Below, one piece after another: positions 1 to 12,345 of a stretch of 64,000 bases of DNA; the first letter of the stretch is position 1, and the number at the start of each line of letters is the position of its first letter. Position numbers and translations under genes: made by a program. Source of the stretch: Lama guanicoe (lineage: Eukaryota). Below the pieces are notes generated by a model. That model did not search any database, was not told the DNA's origin, and saw only the letters and a list, made by a program, of their open reading frames with translations. The DNA lies in the NCBI GenBank assembly GCA_013239625.1, contig MU054049.1, positions 135,015-199,014 on the forward strand, given 5' to 3'.

Positions 1-440
1 ATCTTCTTATCCAGACTTCTGCCTTCACTTGCTACTCCATCCCAGCCTGCTCTTACCCACCTAACTCTTTTCACAGAGAACAGAGTGATCTTTCTATTGC
101 CAGAGGTGACCCCAGCACTCTACTGTCCATAAGACATTACTCGCTGCCCCTGCCCCTGGTGTAATCCCCACGTAAGGCTCTCACAAATTACCCTCGCCAC
201 CATCACCCTTACTTTCCTCAGCACCTTCTCCCCTTGGCATCCTGGTTTTCCTTCTCACTTCTCGCCTGTGTTCCTTGTCTCCCAAGCCGACCTTCCCTCA
301 GCTGTTCTCTCATCCTGAAATGCCCCTGACCCCACACCCACCCATCTGGCCTTCTCCCATCTTCGAGCCTCAGGGTTGAGTTTTGCTTTGCCCCAGAAGT
401 CCTCCCAGATGCCCTATCCTGTGTCCTCTGTGCCCTGGGA
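1..440 (+). mobile_element. L2 LINE 3' region relic
   Basis: Pyrimidine-rich sequence with L2-type motifs (cagagtgatctttcta, ctgttctctcatcctgaaatgcccct, ccccagaagtcctcccagat); highly diverged. Confidence 0.6.
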
Positions 441-749
441 ACTCCTGGGGAGACAGTGGCAGATGAGGGTCTGTCCTGTGGATTTGCTCAGGGAGTGAAG
501 GGGGATTTGTTCTCAGGCTGCAGGAGGGGAGAGGAACCCGTGGGGGTGATGCTTCCTCGATAGCTCCTGACTCCCTGCCCCTTTTGCCTTTTGTCTCCCC
601 TGAGCCTTTTATCAGGTGGCAGGAGTCGGGGGAAAGTAATGGGCCAGAAATGGTCAGCTCTGGGCCCCTTGGCAGCTTCTTCTGGTTCCAGAAGGATTTA
701 CTAACTCTCCAGGATTTAACCAGGCACCTTTTAAAAGAAAGCTTTTGTA

Positions 750-948
750 TTTTTTATTTTTTTAATTGATGTGTAGTCAGCTATGATGTGTCAATTTCTG
801 GTGTACAGCACAATGTTTCAGTCATACATATATAAACATATATTCGTTTTCATATTCTTTTCCATTAAAGGTTACTACATGATATTGAATATAGTTCCCT
901 GTGTTATACGGAACAAATTTATTCTTTAATCTATTTTTATATATAGTT
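750..948 (-). mobile_element. 5'-truncated lineage-specific L1 3' end
   Basis: Poly-T followed by attgatgtgtagtcag...tgtgtcaatttctggtgtacagc...atattgaatatagttccctgtg, a cetartiodactyl L1 3'UTR. Degenerate flanking repeats ttaaccaggcaccttt / ttaatcaggaaccttt. Confidence 0.85.
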
Positions 949-1246
949 AATCAGGAACCTTTGATTGACAGAAACCAAGGTCAAGCCAGCACAGTTGGGA
1001 CGGAGGGATTGACTGGCTCAGGTAATCAGACTGCCAAGAGGGAGGGGTGCAGCCAGCCTTTGGGAAAACTCAAGCTAAGGACTTCAACACTGTGAGAACC
1101 CCCCTTCCCCCCTTTCTTTCCTTTTTTCTTCTTCCAAATGAAAGCAGCTTTAATGTTAACTAATTATATAATTACTACTTAGCTATCGTAAAATACAAGA
1201 GCAATGTATGTGGTAACTCTATGAACATTCTGGTTACCATCTGGAC

Positions 1247-1451
1247 CAAGGGCAGGCAAAAAAATTTTTTTCCTGTAAAGAGCCAGATATTACATATTTT
1301 AGACTTTGTGGGCTATATGATCTCAGCTCTGTGGAAGCAACCATAGGTAGAACGTAAATGAAGGGTCATGGCTGGGTGCCAATAAAACTTTATTTACAAA
1401 AATAAGTGGTGAGCTGGATTTGGCCCATAGGCTGGAGTTTGCCAACTCCTA
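1247..1451 (-). mobile_element. MER58A hAT-Charlie MITE
   Basis: Terminal inverted repeats caagggcaggcaaa ... tttgccaactccta; internal ccaataaaactttatttacaaaaa; degenerate 8-bp TSD atctggac / gtgtggac. Confidence 0.85.
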
Positions 1452-2549
1452 GTGTGGACATTTTCTTTCTGCCTCGGGTCTCAGCTTCATTCTCTCCTAT
1501 GAGGGGTGGAGTAGAGCGGAGATGGGTCTCAGAGCTTATGGCCAAGGAAGAAAGGCGTGATTCCCTCCCAGCCCAGTCTGAGAATCCCAGCGGAGGACTT
1601 GGGTTGGCCTGGCTCAACTCTGGATCAGTTTTGAGGGAGGACTGCAGGAGGGTTATCTGACTGGCTCCTGGTACTAGAGGGATGGGCTATTTCTCCCAGC
1701 ATGTATTGTGTGTGCTGTTTGGGATATATAAAATGATTGAGGTCCAGCACATTCTATACCCTTTGACCATCGCTCAGCTTTTGTGAAATCAGTCTTAATT
1801 TTTACTACAGCATCCTGAAAAACAAACCAAAAAACGGTTTTGAGTTTCATCATCTCTTGTTACCCATTGGGAGTTTCATTGGTCCCCAACCCCTTCCCAT
1901 CTTTGTAAATATCCTCCAGGCTGTGGTATGTCTCCCAACAGGTATTTTTTTACATCCAAAGGGACTCACAATATTGGTCTCCTGAGACCTACCTGGGTTC
2001 TTGTTGGCATGGCCCCCTTTCCCCACAGCCCTTCTCCATCCCACTTTCTGCCTTGAATAGGTCAGACTCGAGGGGGCGTTGGCAGGCTCATGTCTGGTCG
2101 GGTCCTATCATGGCTACAGCATTGCCGTGACCTTCTGCTTCTGTGTCTGATGGTAGGGACCCTTGATCCTCACCAGGGGACTCAGCCCAGGCTGTCGCAG
2201 ACTTGGGCATCTACCCCAGCCCAGGCAAGCAGTGCTGTGGATTCGGTCTGGTGGCTGAGCCCCCAGCACCTTAGAGACCACAGAGGAGACCCTGATCTCT
2301 GCCTCCTTCCCTGGCTGCCCGAGGTCCCCATGCCGGGCTCACCTGTGAGGCCAGCCTGCCTGTCTGCAGTTTCCTCTTGGACCTGCTTGTCCAGTCTGGC
2401 TGACTGCTGTCCCTTCTCCAGCCTCAGCTTAGGCCTCAGTGTGCACTATTTAAATCCCTGGTCCTCTGGGAAGCACCAGGACCCCCTGGAAAGAGATCAC
2501 ATTGGAATCTGTGGTCCAGGGTCTGGCCCCTGGCTTCATCCTGGAGCAG

Positions 2550-2660
2550 GTGTGAGACCTTGGGGAACTCTATTTCCTCTTCTGTAAAATGCAGATAATA
2601 AGGAACAGATCCTACAGGGTGCTTGTGAAGAGTGAAACAATTGAGATGAATACTGTTCTT
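2550..2660 (+). mobile_element. MIR SINE fragment
   Basis: Core-like tttcctcttctgtaaaatgcagataata...cctacagggtgcttgtgaag. Confidence 0.65.
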
Positions 2661-2676
2661 GGCTCATCGTAGGGCT

Positions 2677-2775
2677 AGGGTGACCAACCGTGTCCACTGA
2701 CCCAGGACCTTCCTGGTTTTAGCCCCAAAAGTCATGCATCTCAGACCTGGGCAAACGAGCACTGTGGTCAACACT
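2677..2775 (-). mobile_element. MER81 hAT-Blackjack MITE
   Basis: Starts tagggtgaccaacc; internal cctggttttagc...ctgggcaaac; ends tggtcaacact (degenerate TIR). Confidence 0.7.
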
Positions 2776-4049
2776 GCAGGGACTGTCAATCCTGCTTTCC
2801 TCCTCTCCTGCTTGCCCTTCCACAGGGACTGATGTCCTCACACACCTCCATTCCCAGCGTCAAGGGTTCCCCAGGCTATTCTGCAGAGAACTGCTCCTTG
2901 GCCAGAGGTGTTCAGACCCCAGGAAGATCTCACACTCTGGGTACCCTCCTCTGTATGCTGGACTCAGCCTTAGCTTTTCCTCCTTTTGGCCCATCCTAGG
3001 AGGACCCAGACCCTGCTGTAAGGACTGTGGCCATGCCCTGCTGTCTATAAAATTCAAGTCCTAGTTTCCCCGCTATTCATGCTGATACTCACACAGGTCT
3101 GCCTGACCCCGGGCCAACATGTCAATGAAAACTGCCAGCCCCCAGAGATGCCTCTGCTCTCACTTCCCTCCTGCTGCACTGCCAGGGCATCATTCAATCC
3201 ACTTGCCTTTCCAAGCTCCATCCACATTCCCACCTCTTCCTCCGGAAGCCAGGTACTGCTTCTCGGGGACTCCTTCTCTTCATGATAACACCCATCCAGG
3301 CTCTTTCCAAATATTTAGCTATTTTCAGGGAAGAGTAATAGTTTGGTGGGCTGGCCATGGGGGAGTACGGGGGGAAGCAGGATGCGAAGGGCTGGACTGA
3401 GAGGGCAACTGGACTGCTGGGCTGCAGGTTGGCATCTTCTGTGGACACGGAAGCCTGGAGCAGTCTTGTCAGTAGGGAGGGGCTGGATGAGGAGGGGCTT
3501 GGAAGATTGGCTGGAGAGAGACTGGGATTGGGAGGCCCCTAAGAGGTAAGGAGGGCCTGCCCCTGCCCCCACTGCTTCCTGAGGACTTGAATCGTAGATC
3601 TCCTGTTCTCCTATGTCCGAGGTGCCTGCTGAGGGTGGCAGGTGCATCACGTGGCGCCAGGATACAAGGCTGGCAGCCTCTGCCACTTTTCCTATGACCA
3701 AGAAAGTTGGCTGATTGGCAGAGTTAAAATCAGTTCCCCTCAACACAAGCTAGACTGCTAGCCTTTCTTCTAGAACCAGTTTGCCAGTGGTGCCCTTGTC
3801 TCAGATTCAGATGAATCAAATGAACGTGTTACATGGGATAATTTCATCCTATGTGAGATGCCAGCATGGGGTCCGGTCCCATAAGTAGATGACAGGAGAC
3901 TGGAGCAGGTACCAGGATCCCCCACAAGAACACCTCTGGGAGGTGCTGGCCCTGCTCCTGCCCTCATCCCGGTCCAGCTCACAGGGTCCTTTGGATTCCT
4001 GTTTCTGATTCTCACTGTTTCCAGTGGGATTTGGAGATTTTTCCTGTTC

Positions 4050-4540
4050 AACATCTATTGGACAATGTTTCTCGAGGGTCTGTGATGAGCTGAGCATGGG
4101 GCAGGTGGTTCTGAAGGCTTCCAGGAAGTGAGAGCAAGGTGGTGTGGGTCACAAGATGAGGACAAAGAAGTGGACGTGGCACAAGGGGTGATGGGAGAGA
4201 TCTCACTGTGAGACCCTAACTGCACCTGGATGGAGAAGTCCAGGAGGGCTTCCTGGAGGAGGTGGCAACTGGGCACCCCCCCCCCCAAAAAAACAGCATA
4301 GTGAAAGAAGAAAAGGTGTTCCAGGCCAATGGAGCATACAGAGTCAGAGAAAAAGGAATAGGCATGGTCTTCCCAAGAACTTCAAATAAGGTAGAAGGCA
4401 AGCATACCCTTGGCCCTTGTAGACATTTCAAGCGATCATAGCTACCTGGACCACTGAGTTAGGCCATTGGGAGGGAAGGAAGAGTCATGTGGTATCTGCT
4501 GAAGCAGAGATGTGGCTTTGCAGGGCAATTTAGAGAAACA
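4050..4540 (-). mobile_element. L2 LINE 3' relic
   Basis: Typical antisense L2 motifs ggagggcttcctggaggaggtggca and gtgttccaggc. Confidence 0.65.
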
Positions 4541-5973
4541 CAAAGAATATTCATGGTCAGGCGCTGGGAGCCAGGGTCCTGCCTGCAGCTGGGGCAGTGA
4601 ACCAAGAGAAGCATGAAGCCTCCATCCCCTTCCTGAAGCTGGGATTCTGGAAACGACAGCAGTCTGCTCTCACTGAGGAGGGAGTCTGACCTCCCACAGA
4701 CCCAAAGGCGGTTCTCTAAAGCCTGGTCCATGGAGGGGAGCAGGCAGCAAGAGTGGCAGACAGCAAGGGTGGAGGACCAGCCTCTTCCTGTCTAGCTGCG
4801 TGACCGCTGATGACCTTCAACTTCTCAAGCACAAAGCCTGCTTCCCATGTAATATTCACCTTGCCAGGTGGATCCTAAGACTTAAACATCATTCCTTAAA
4901 TCACTTTGGTGATGCCAGGTCTCTTCTACCCCAGAGTGAGGAGGCAGCCAGGTGGTTTAAAGAAGCCTTGCCGCCGCTACACTCTGTGCCCAGGTGCCAG
5001 GCATCTGGGGACCCTGTAACCTGGTGCCACTCTGTCCCAACCCTTGCCGTCTGTCTTGGCTGGTCTTGGGGGCTCTCTGGAACCAGCAGAGGCACCAGCG
5101 GGCTGGCAGGCGGCTTTTATGTACCTAGTTAGGGTTTTATGCTGCAGCCCGGGAGATCTGTGTCTGACTAGGCCTGTGGGTGGCTGGGGGAGTCTGTGCT
5201 CTGGCCTGGACCCGCCCCAAGAGCAAAGGCTGGGGGCCACCCCAGCAGGCCAACCCTGGGAACCTCACACCTAGGCCCAACCACAGAACAGGGGGACTGG
5301 GCCCTCTGGGCTACAGCTTTCCTTTCCTGAAATGTGTGTTCCCATTTGTTCACAAAAGGGGTGGGCCATGCAGAGGGGATGGAGAAGGACGTGGGGTGGG
5401 CAGGCAGGGACAGGCTCCTGGGAGCCTGGAGTGGGTGGGAGCTCCAGGGCCACAAGCATTTTGGGGCAGGAAAGTGTCAGGTTCCTGCAATCCCTGCGAG
5501 GGCCAGTTCTAGGGCCTGGGAACCCAAGGGACAGGAGGCAGGGTCCCAGCCCGTGAGCTCGTGAGCTCGTGTTCTCGTGCAGGTTAGCAAATTCACAGCA
5601 GGGTGGGCTCTAGGAGGGCCAGAGGCAGGGTCACTGGGGAGAGTGTGACAATGGCAGGGGCTCGGGGGCTTGTCTGGTTAGGAGAGACCTGATGAGACCT
5701 AATGAAACTTAGAAATGATACCAAGTATTTCAGAATAGCTGCTTATGGCGGAGGTTGAGGGGGGCTGGGGACTAAGGATAGAAGAGAAAACAAACCAACA
5801 CAAAAGAGGGGCTTGCGTGGACCAGTGCTGCCCTCTGAGATGAGGAGTTCCATTAACTTAAATTTGTCTCTCTCAAGTCAAAACGCAATATAAAATTTAA
5901 ATCCAGACTGAGGCAGCAAGGTTGATTGGAAACTCTGGGTATAAAGTGTATGTGGGGGTGACGGCTGGGGCGA

Positions 5974-6010
5974 TCACTTGAGGGCTTTCCAAGTCATGTG
6001 GTCACGTGGG
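5974..6010. promoter_or_regulatory. Candidate TF motif cluster (NKX, NF-kB-like, tandem M-box/CLEAR E-boxes)
   Basis: tcacttga-gggctttcc-aa-gtcatgtg-gtcacgtg, adjacent in unique sequence; motif match only. Confidence 0.3.
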
Positions 6011-6234
6011 GACCTGGCCTTTCCTTTGGGGACTGCAAATGTCTGTTCATTTGCCCCTGGGCAGATCGGGAGTGCCCCCAACACACCGTCTCCCATCTCC
6101 TGTCTGGGGATGGGTAGGGGTGGCTGCTGCTTGTTGAGGGGTTGGAGGCGGGAAGGGGCTGAGGATATGAAGGTTCCTTTCCAGAAGGTCACCATACCCC
6201 CTCTTAAGTGCGGCACCTCACCCGCATCTTTAGC

Positions 6235-6662
6235 AGTAACTGCTGTCCCTGAATTCAGAGCTGCTTCTCCTTGGTTTCCCTAGAAAGGACCTTGTGTGTG
6301 TTCTGGGGGCGCCCGGCTATGCTGGGTGGGGAGAGGATGGGCGAATACAACCTTCTTGTTCAGTTTCCGCAAAACCTCTGTTTTCAGTACCACTCTGGTC
6401 CCCACGTTCGTAATTCCCGCCACCTCCGACGCCAGAGCCCTTCCAATGATTTGTTGGGATCAATCAGCTGATTCCTTACTGCCCTCCTCACTGTAAGCTT
6501 AGCTTTCACCTTTCTGACTTCCCGAAGTTCTACTGACATGTCTAATCTGCTGCCGTTTTTCTTTTTTTTCTTTCACTCATTGGCTGATGGTTTTCATGTT
6601 ACTGGGATTTGGGGGAGGAAGTCGATATGATGCCACTTCCACCACCATGTTTGATTGAAGTG
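6235..6662 (-). mobile_element. Old L1M/HAL1-type 5' region relic
   Basis: Ends ccaccatgtttgattgaagt, like antisense L1ME 5' ends; preceded by tgtaagcttagctttcacctttctg. Confidence 0.45.
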
Positions 6663-6739
6663 AACACTCCACCATTCCTCTTGGCCTCAGTTTTTCTAAC
6701 ATGAGGGTAACGGTTCCAGGTCAAGTGAGTCCCTGGCAG

Positions 6740-6900
6740 GATGGGATTTGAAGTTAAACATTCCTAGGTTTGGATCCTGGCCCCAGCACACGTTGGCTTA
6801 GTGAGTTTGACTAAGTCTCTCACTCTTTCTCAGCCTCAGTTTCCCCAGTGTAAAAAGGAGATGTTAATCCTGTCCCTTCCTGATCCAGCGGGTGTAGCTT
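6740..6900 (+). mobile_element. MIR SINE
   Basis: ctaggtttggatcctggcccc...ctcagcctcagtttccccagtgtaaaaagg core. Confidence 0.7.
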
Positions 6901-8419
6901 AGATACTTATTCTATGTTAATTTCCTTCCCTAAGGGACTTGTAACTCGGGGTTCTCAGCACCGCCACAGAGCGATGTGTTATAGGTCTCAGTCATGCCTG
7001 AGATCCGACTGAGTGTCTGCAGCAGAGTCTGGTGAGGTTTCATCCTGCTGGGGTCTCTGCTAGCTGTTCCATCCTCTTGCTCAGGGGCGGAGGCAGATTC
7101 CAGACCCACCATCCAAACTCTGGGGCCATCGGCAGATTTCATGCAGAAGGTGGACCCATTTCCACGCAGGAACTCAGGAGTCTGAGTACCACGGAGAGCA
7201 GCAGGGAGGAATAAGGGGCTCCTTTCCTTAATGTGTCATGGAGGTGGCTCACTGGCTGGCAACTGATAGCGGAGCCTGCAGGTAGAAAATCGGAGTTCTT
7301 TGAGCGCTGGAGATCCCAGTGATTCTAGAAAGACTCTACCATCCAGAAGAAGTGATACACAAAGTGTTCCCTGGGTCATTTTTTTGCTTGACTGTATTCT
7401 TGGGAGCAGTTGTCCTTAGGTCACCAGGATGCCAAAAGTAGGCATCTTAGACCCTGTCCTGGGTCTGCAAGGAATTGGGGCCAGCCTTCCCCTTGTTCCG
7501 AGCCTCAGATTCCCCACCTATAAGAGAAGCCTGGTCACATACACATTTCTAATGATCTTGGCCCAAGGGAAACCACCTTCCATCAAAGTCTTAAGCTGTC
7601 TTATTTGGAAAGACTCGAGACCTCATGGTGATCAACAGGATCAATTTATAGCTAATCACTTTGCTGATGGTTCTGAATTCCTTAAGAGACAGATGTTCTT
7701 TTGGGAACCATGATACTATTTTTGTGTAAGTTGCTGGGGTTTGGGAGCACACCCAGCTGAAGGACAAAAACATCCTCCTTTGGTAGGGATAACAGGAAAA
7801 TAACAGTGGTGATGGAGAAACACAAAGATGTGTGCCAAGACTTGCCCGCCCATGAGTCAGCTCATCACTCCTCGGGCACAACGGAGGTCAGGGTCTCTGG
7901 GGCTGGTCAATGGGAGGGGAGACATGTGGCAATTGAGTTTCTCTGTCCTGGGGCCAGACCCAGGGGAAAAGTGAAGAAATATTTCATTGCGTGACCATCA
8001 ACATGAGGAGACGTGGTTGAGAGTCACAGGACTAAGAACATGTGGTCAGTCCATGCTCTGGATCTGTCTATCCCTGAGCTGTGTCAGGGGCACCAGGTGG
8101 ATAGACATTTCCTCCCCATATAGCTTCATAGGAGACTGAGCACCCCCTCTGGAAGACGCTCAGGTTTCCCTGGGGCTTGTGGGGGTCCTGTAGGGGAGGG
8201 CAAGGTGAAACTGACCAATTGCCACGCTGTGGAGCCAGCATCTTCATCCTCAGGCAATTTTCTATGCCATGAGCCTTCAAATTCCATGGATTCCCAGCAA
8301 CACAGAAGCCTCCTGCATTGAAAGCTTATTCTCTGTTATGACTTCCACAGGCGTGGAAGGGCTGCTGGTTCGCCTTAAGCCTGAAGTTACTTTGTAAAAC
8401 ATCAACACAATTATCAAGC

Positions 8420-8900
8420 ATATTCACTCATCTCGGAGCAGTTTGGAAAGTGCCAAACAGAGAAGAAAACATAACCTTCCTTCCTATCACATAGTGTCAA
8501 CTACCATTTTGAGAGCTTTCCATCCTTGTCTTTTCCTGGTATGTTTTTACACAGCTCTGGCTACACAATTGTGTACGTTCTTATTGTGAGTTATGTTTTC
8601 TCCTGAAAGACATAAACATATTCCCATGCGATTACAACATTTTTCTAAAAATCACAAGCAGTGGTGAGGACACACAGTAAGTTAATTTGCCAATCCTCTC
8701 TTATTAAGTTAATTAGTCCATTTTGAGCTTTGGTTGTTATAAATAATAGTGCAGTGACCATCTTCGGGTAGTTAATTTTTTTCAATCTGGAATGAATTCT
8801 TCATGGTCAGTTTCCAGAGTAGAACTGTTGCTTCAAAGCGTGTGACAACACTTTTACGTTCTTGGTCTCTTATTGGAAAGGCCAATCTTAGGATTCCATC
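8420..8900 (-). mobile_element. L1ME-type 3' relic
   Basis: AT-rich, with gttataaataatagtgcagtgaccatc and tttccagagtagaactgttgcttcaaag. Confidence 0.6.
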
Positions 8901-11107
8901 TTCCAGGTGCCCAGAGGGAGAAGTAAGTCCTCTGCTCACAAAACCCTTGTCCACTTGTGCTAGACCAGCTGACTGGCTTGAGTCTGACCACGAAGTACTC
9001 TGTGAGCACCCCCCCCCGCCCCACCCCTTGTCCAGAGCTGTGCGCTGGGCTTCAGGGGACTTGAAGAACATTCCAGGCCGGGGTGCTTGGCTGGCCCTGG
9101 GCAATTCTACTGGAAGCCATTGCTCCCGAGTGTCCTGTCCCGCCCATGGAAAGGCCAACACACGTGAGCAGGCTTTGCCCCCCGGCATGGCCCACAGAAA
9201 CACAGTGACTAACCAGAGCGCCTTCCTGTCTCCTCAGAGTTCAGGCCGGGGGGTCCCAGGTTCAAAGAACTGTGTCTGACTCACTCTTTCCCATTCCCCA
9301 AAGGCAACTGCAATTTAAAACCGCTGCAAGCACCTCCCACCCCATCCAAACAGAAGCCCATCCCCGGGCGCTGGCTCAGTCCAGGGTCCAGGCAGGGCTG
9401 GCAAAAACAGCAACAGAGGCTCCTCCCCAGCCCAGGGCCACGCGGGGCCTTGGAGACCCTTCCTTCGACCTGCCTCACCCCTCCTCCATCCTCACCAGCT
9501 ATTGTATTTTCCACTCTTGGCTTTGATTCTGCACTTGGGCCCTGGAGAGAAGGCTGGTCCAGGAGTCCCTTTAAGCCTGATGGTGGGGCCAGGAGCCTGA
9601 GGTGACCAGGGCCTGGAGAGGGGGCAGGAAAAGTGAACTTTACTGAAGGGCGATGCGTTTTTCAGAAGAGAAGAAGGTTTCACACCAAATGTCCAACTTC
9701 AGAAGTGTACATGTACCTGAGAGTGGCCCCGACACTTACGCTACTCAGGAGCAAGTAGTGGGGGCGCCCTCCGAGCTTCCTTAGAGCACCCCCCCTGCAG
9801 TCAGGAGCTGTCTGCACTTCCAAGTTGGAGGGTCTCACTCAACAAAGGCCTCCACTCTGGAGAACAGGCGACAATTACTCTAATGTCTCTGGGACATGGA
9901 GCCCACATCCTAACAAAACAGCTTGTTGTATTGGGGGGCAATTCTGTTCCTTTCATTGATTTTAAGTCTTTTCAGGAACAAGAGAGGGCATGAATCATTA
10001 AACACAATCATTAGATACACTTCCCTATAGAAGCCAATCAGCGCTTTCTCAAGGCCCACCCCCGGCCTCTCTCCCACCCAAAGTGGCCAGCAGTGTGAGT
10101 CTAGAACCTTCTTCTGGTGCAGTGAACCCAACTTTTTCCTTTCTAAAAATTTTTTTTCCATTTCTTTCCAGCTCTCATAGACTTCCCAGGTCTCCCTTTT
10201 TAGATTTAAACACTCCCAATCGGCCAGTGGTTTCCATGTGAGCTGGTTCCTACATGCTTATCTCCCTTAGTACAAGCCCCACTTTCCAATTTCCCTCTTA
10301 GGGTGCAGTGTGTAGAACTAAACAGCTCTTCAGATGCGCCCGCACACACGGAGCTGTTGGGACCTGTGTTCTGGACACCCTGTGTCCCCAGACACCATCT
10401 GCTGCATTGAACGGTGTAGAGAGACACAGTGCACCAGGCTGTTAGACCCAACTTACCCCAGCCCCTGCCCCCGACACTCCCGTGCCTTTAATATGAACGT
10501 CTGGGCAATTTGGATAAGACCCTTCTTTCTCCAATGACAATATATTCAGCTTTTCTCAATTGTAATTTCAGTTCAATGATTATATTTTAAGACCGGCTCT
10601 GTGAGACTCGTCACCTCTGAGTGGTCTCCCTGAGTGTCCAAATGTGTCGTTCTCAGAAATGCTACAAGGTCAAGGCCGCCTGCGACCCAGGAGACCAGAT
10701 GAGAGCAGCTACCCAGAGTTTCTAAGGTTTGTGCTGGGACGGGGAGGACAGGAGGAGAACACGCTCTGTGCGGCTCTGACTTCTGCACACACACAGCACC
10801 AATACTGATGCATCACCAGTATTTTCTGTTTGTCAAGGGTACATTCCACTTCAGAGCGAGTTTTAAAGAAATGCAAGCAGATAAATTCAAATAAAGACCT
10901 TTACACCCCACTGCCCCCCAAAAAACTCTAAACTTTTCACACAGAATAATACTGAGGGCTTTCTCTGGGTGGTTGAACTTCCTTTTGTTCTCTGTGCTCA
11001 CTCAGAACTCCACCTTTGCAAACCACTCGCCAAACAGCTGGTGTTGACCAAGAGAGCTTTGACAGCGAGGTTTTCTCTTCCTACTACCTAGCAGGATTGG
11101 AAACACA

Positions 11108-11340
11108 CATTTACTGAGTTTCTCCTGGGTAGCGAACTCCGGTTAGTTATTCTGTGTGCCTGATCCCACCTCATCCTCACCACAATACTGGTGAGAACAC
11201 TCTTATCTCCAATTCACACATGGGAAACCTCAGGGCCATAGAGACTGAATCACTTGCCCTTGTTGACAAAGCTGGAACGACAGTTTGGGTTGGAGCGCAG
11301 AGATGTTGACTCAAAACTCCATGCTTTGTCTGCTGCTGTA
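11108..11340 (-). mobile_element. MIR SINE
   Basis: catttactgag...tcatcctcaccacaa...gggaaacctcaggg...tcacttgccc...tgactcaaaactccatgc. Confidence 0.7.
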
Positions 11341-11349
11341 GGCTCTCGA

Positions 11350-11530
11350 CTGGCGCCGTCTAATAGAAATAGAATCTGAGCCACAGATATGAGCCAAATA
11401 TGTAATTTTATATCTTCTTATAGCCACATTAAAAAAGGAAAAAACAGGTGACAATAATTCCAGTAATATGGGTTTTTTAAAAAACTTGATGGATCCAAAA
11501 TATTAATATTACAATATGCTATCATTTTAT
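11350..11530 (+). mobile_element. MER33 hAT-Charlie fragment
   Basis: gtctaatagaaat...gagccac...tgtaatttta...tagccacattaaaaaa...aacaggtga...tccaaaatatt. Confidence 0.75.
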
Positions 11531-11581
11531 TTATATTTATTGAGGAACTGTGGTATGCCAGTCATTCTGCATGGGTCACTC

Positions 11582-12194
11582 GTTGTGGGTTGAATTCTGT
11601 CCTTCAAAAATTAGTATATTGGAGGCACTGCTTTGGGAAAGGTCCACGATATTCTCCTTACTTGCTGCAAGTCATAAATCTTGCAAAAAAAAAAAAAGAA
11701 AAAGAAAAAGAAAATTATATGTTGAAGTCCTAACCCTGAGTATCTCAGAATGTGACCTGATCTGAATAGACAGCCATTGCAGGTGTAACTACTTCATATG
11801 GGGTTATCAAGCTGGGTTCTTCGCTAACTTCACATACTGATGTCCTTATAAAAGATGGGGAATTTGGAGACAGATACACCCTTAGGGAGAAACCACATGA
11901 AAATCAAGGCAGAATTTGGGGTTATTCTTCTCCAAGTCCACAAACGTCAAAGACTGACAGCCCGCCACCAGCAGGCAGAGGAGAGGTGCAGAACAGGTCC
12001 TCCCTCACAGCCCTCAGAAGGAACCCAGCCTGCTGACACCTCGATCTAGAATTTCTAGCCTCCTGATGTCAAGCCTCAAGTCTCTGTCCAGCTCAGACCT
12101 CCTTTGATGGAACTGTGAGACAACAGATTTCTGTGGTTTGAGCCTCCAGCTCCTGGTCTTCTGTTAACAGCAGCCCCAACAAACAAACAAACAC
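11582..12194 (+). mobile_element. MLT1B/C MaLR solo LTR carrying two internal insertions
   Basis: gttgtgggttgaatt...tatgttgaagtcctaacc...cagaatgtgacct...cagccctcagaaggaacc...gaactgtgaga...; insertions at ~11622-11710 and ~12064-12109. Confidence 0.85.
11622..11710 (+). mobile_element. Poly(A)-tailed retrocopy of an ERV1-like (MER34/LTR49-like) LTR 3' segment
   Basis: gaggcactgctttgggaaag...ttctccttacttgctgcaagt-cataaa-tcttgc, then A13 and A-rich tail; flanked by aaaattagtatattg / aaaattatatgttg. Confidence 0.65.
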
Positions 12195-12219
12195 ATTATG
12201 TCAGTTGGTGTGTTTACCA

Positions 12220-12345
12220 GTCCCGTGAAGAAGATGGTATCGTGCCCATTTTATGGAAGGAAAAAACAAGATTCTGAGAAGTGACTTACTCAAAGTTACT
12301 CAAAAGTATGATTTGAATCCAAACCCATCTTGCACCCAAGCCCAC
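12220..12345 (-). mobile_element. MIR fragment
   Basis: cccattttatggaagg...gaagtgacttactcaaagt...gatttgaatcca. Confidence 0.6.

Noticed and set aside
962..971. Perfect PBX-PREP/MEIS decamer TGATTGACAG
   Set aside because: Isolated motif at a repeat junction, probably within a decayed MLT end; no supporting context.
4780..4872. Possible cassette exon after cctcttcctgtctag
   Set aside because: Only weak donors downstream and no recognisable coding content; cannot be supported without transcript data.
9750..9805. CTCF-like gggggcgc words
   Set aside because: The 5' half of the CTCF core matches poorly.
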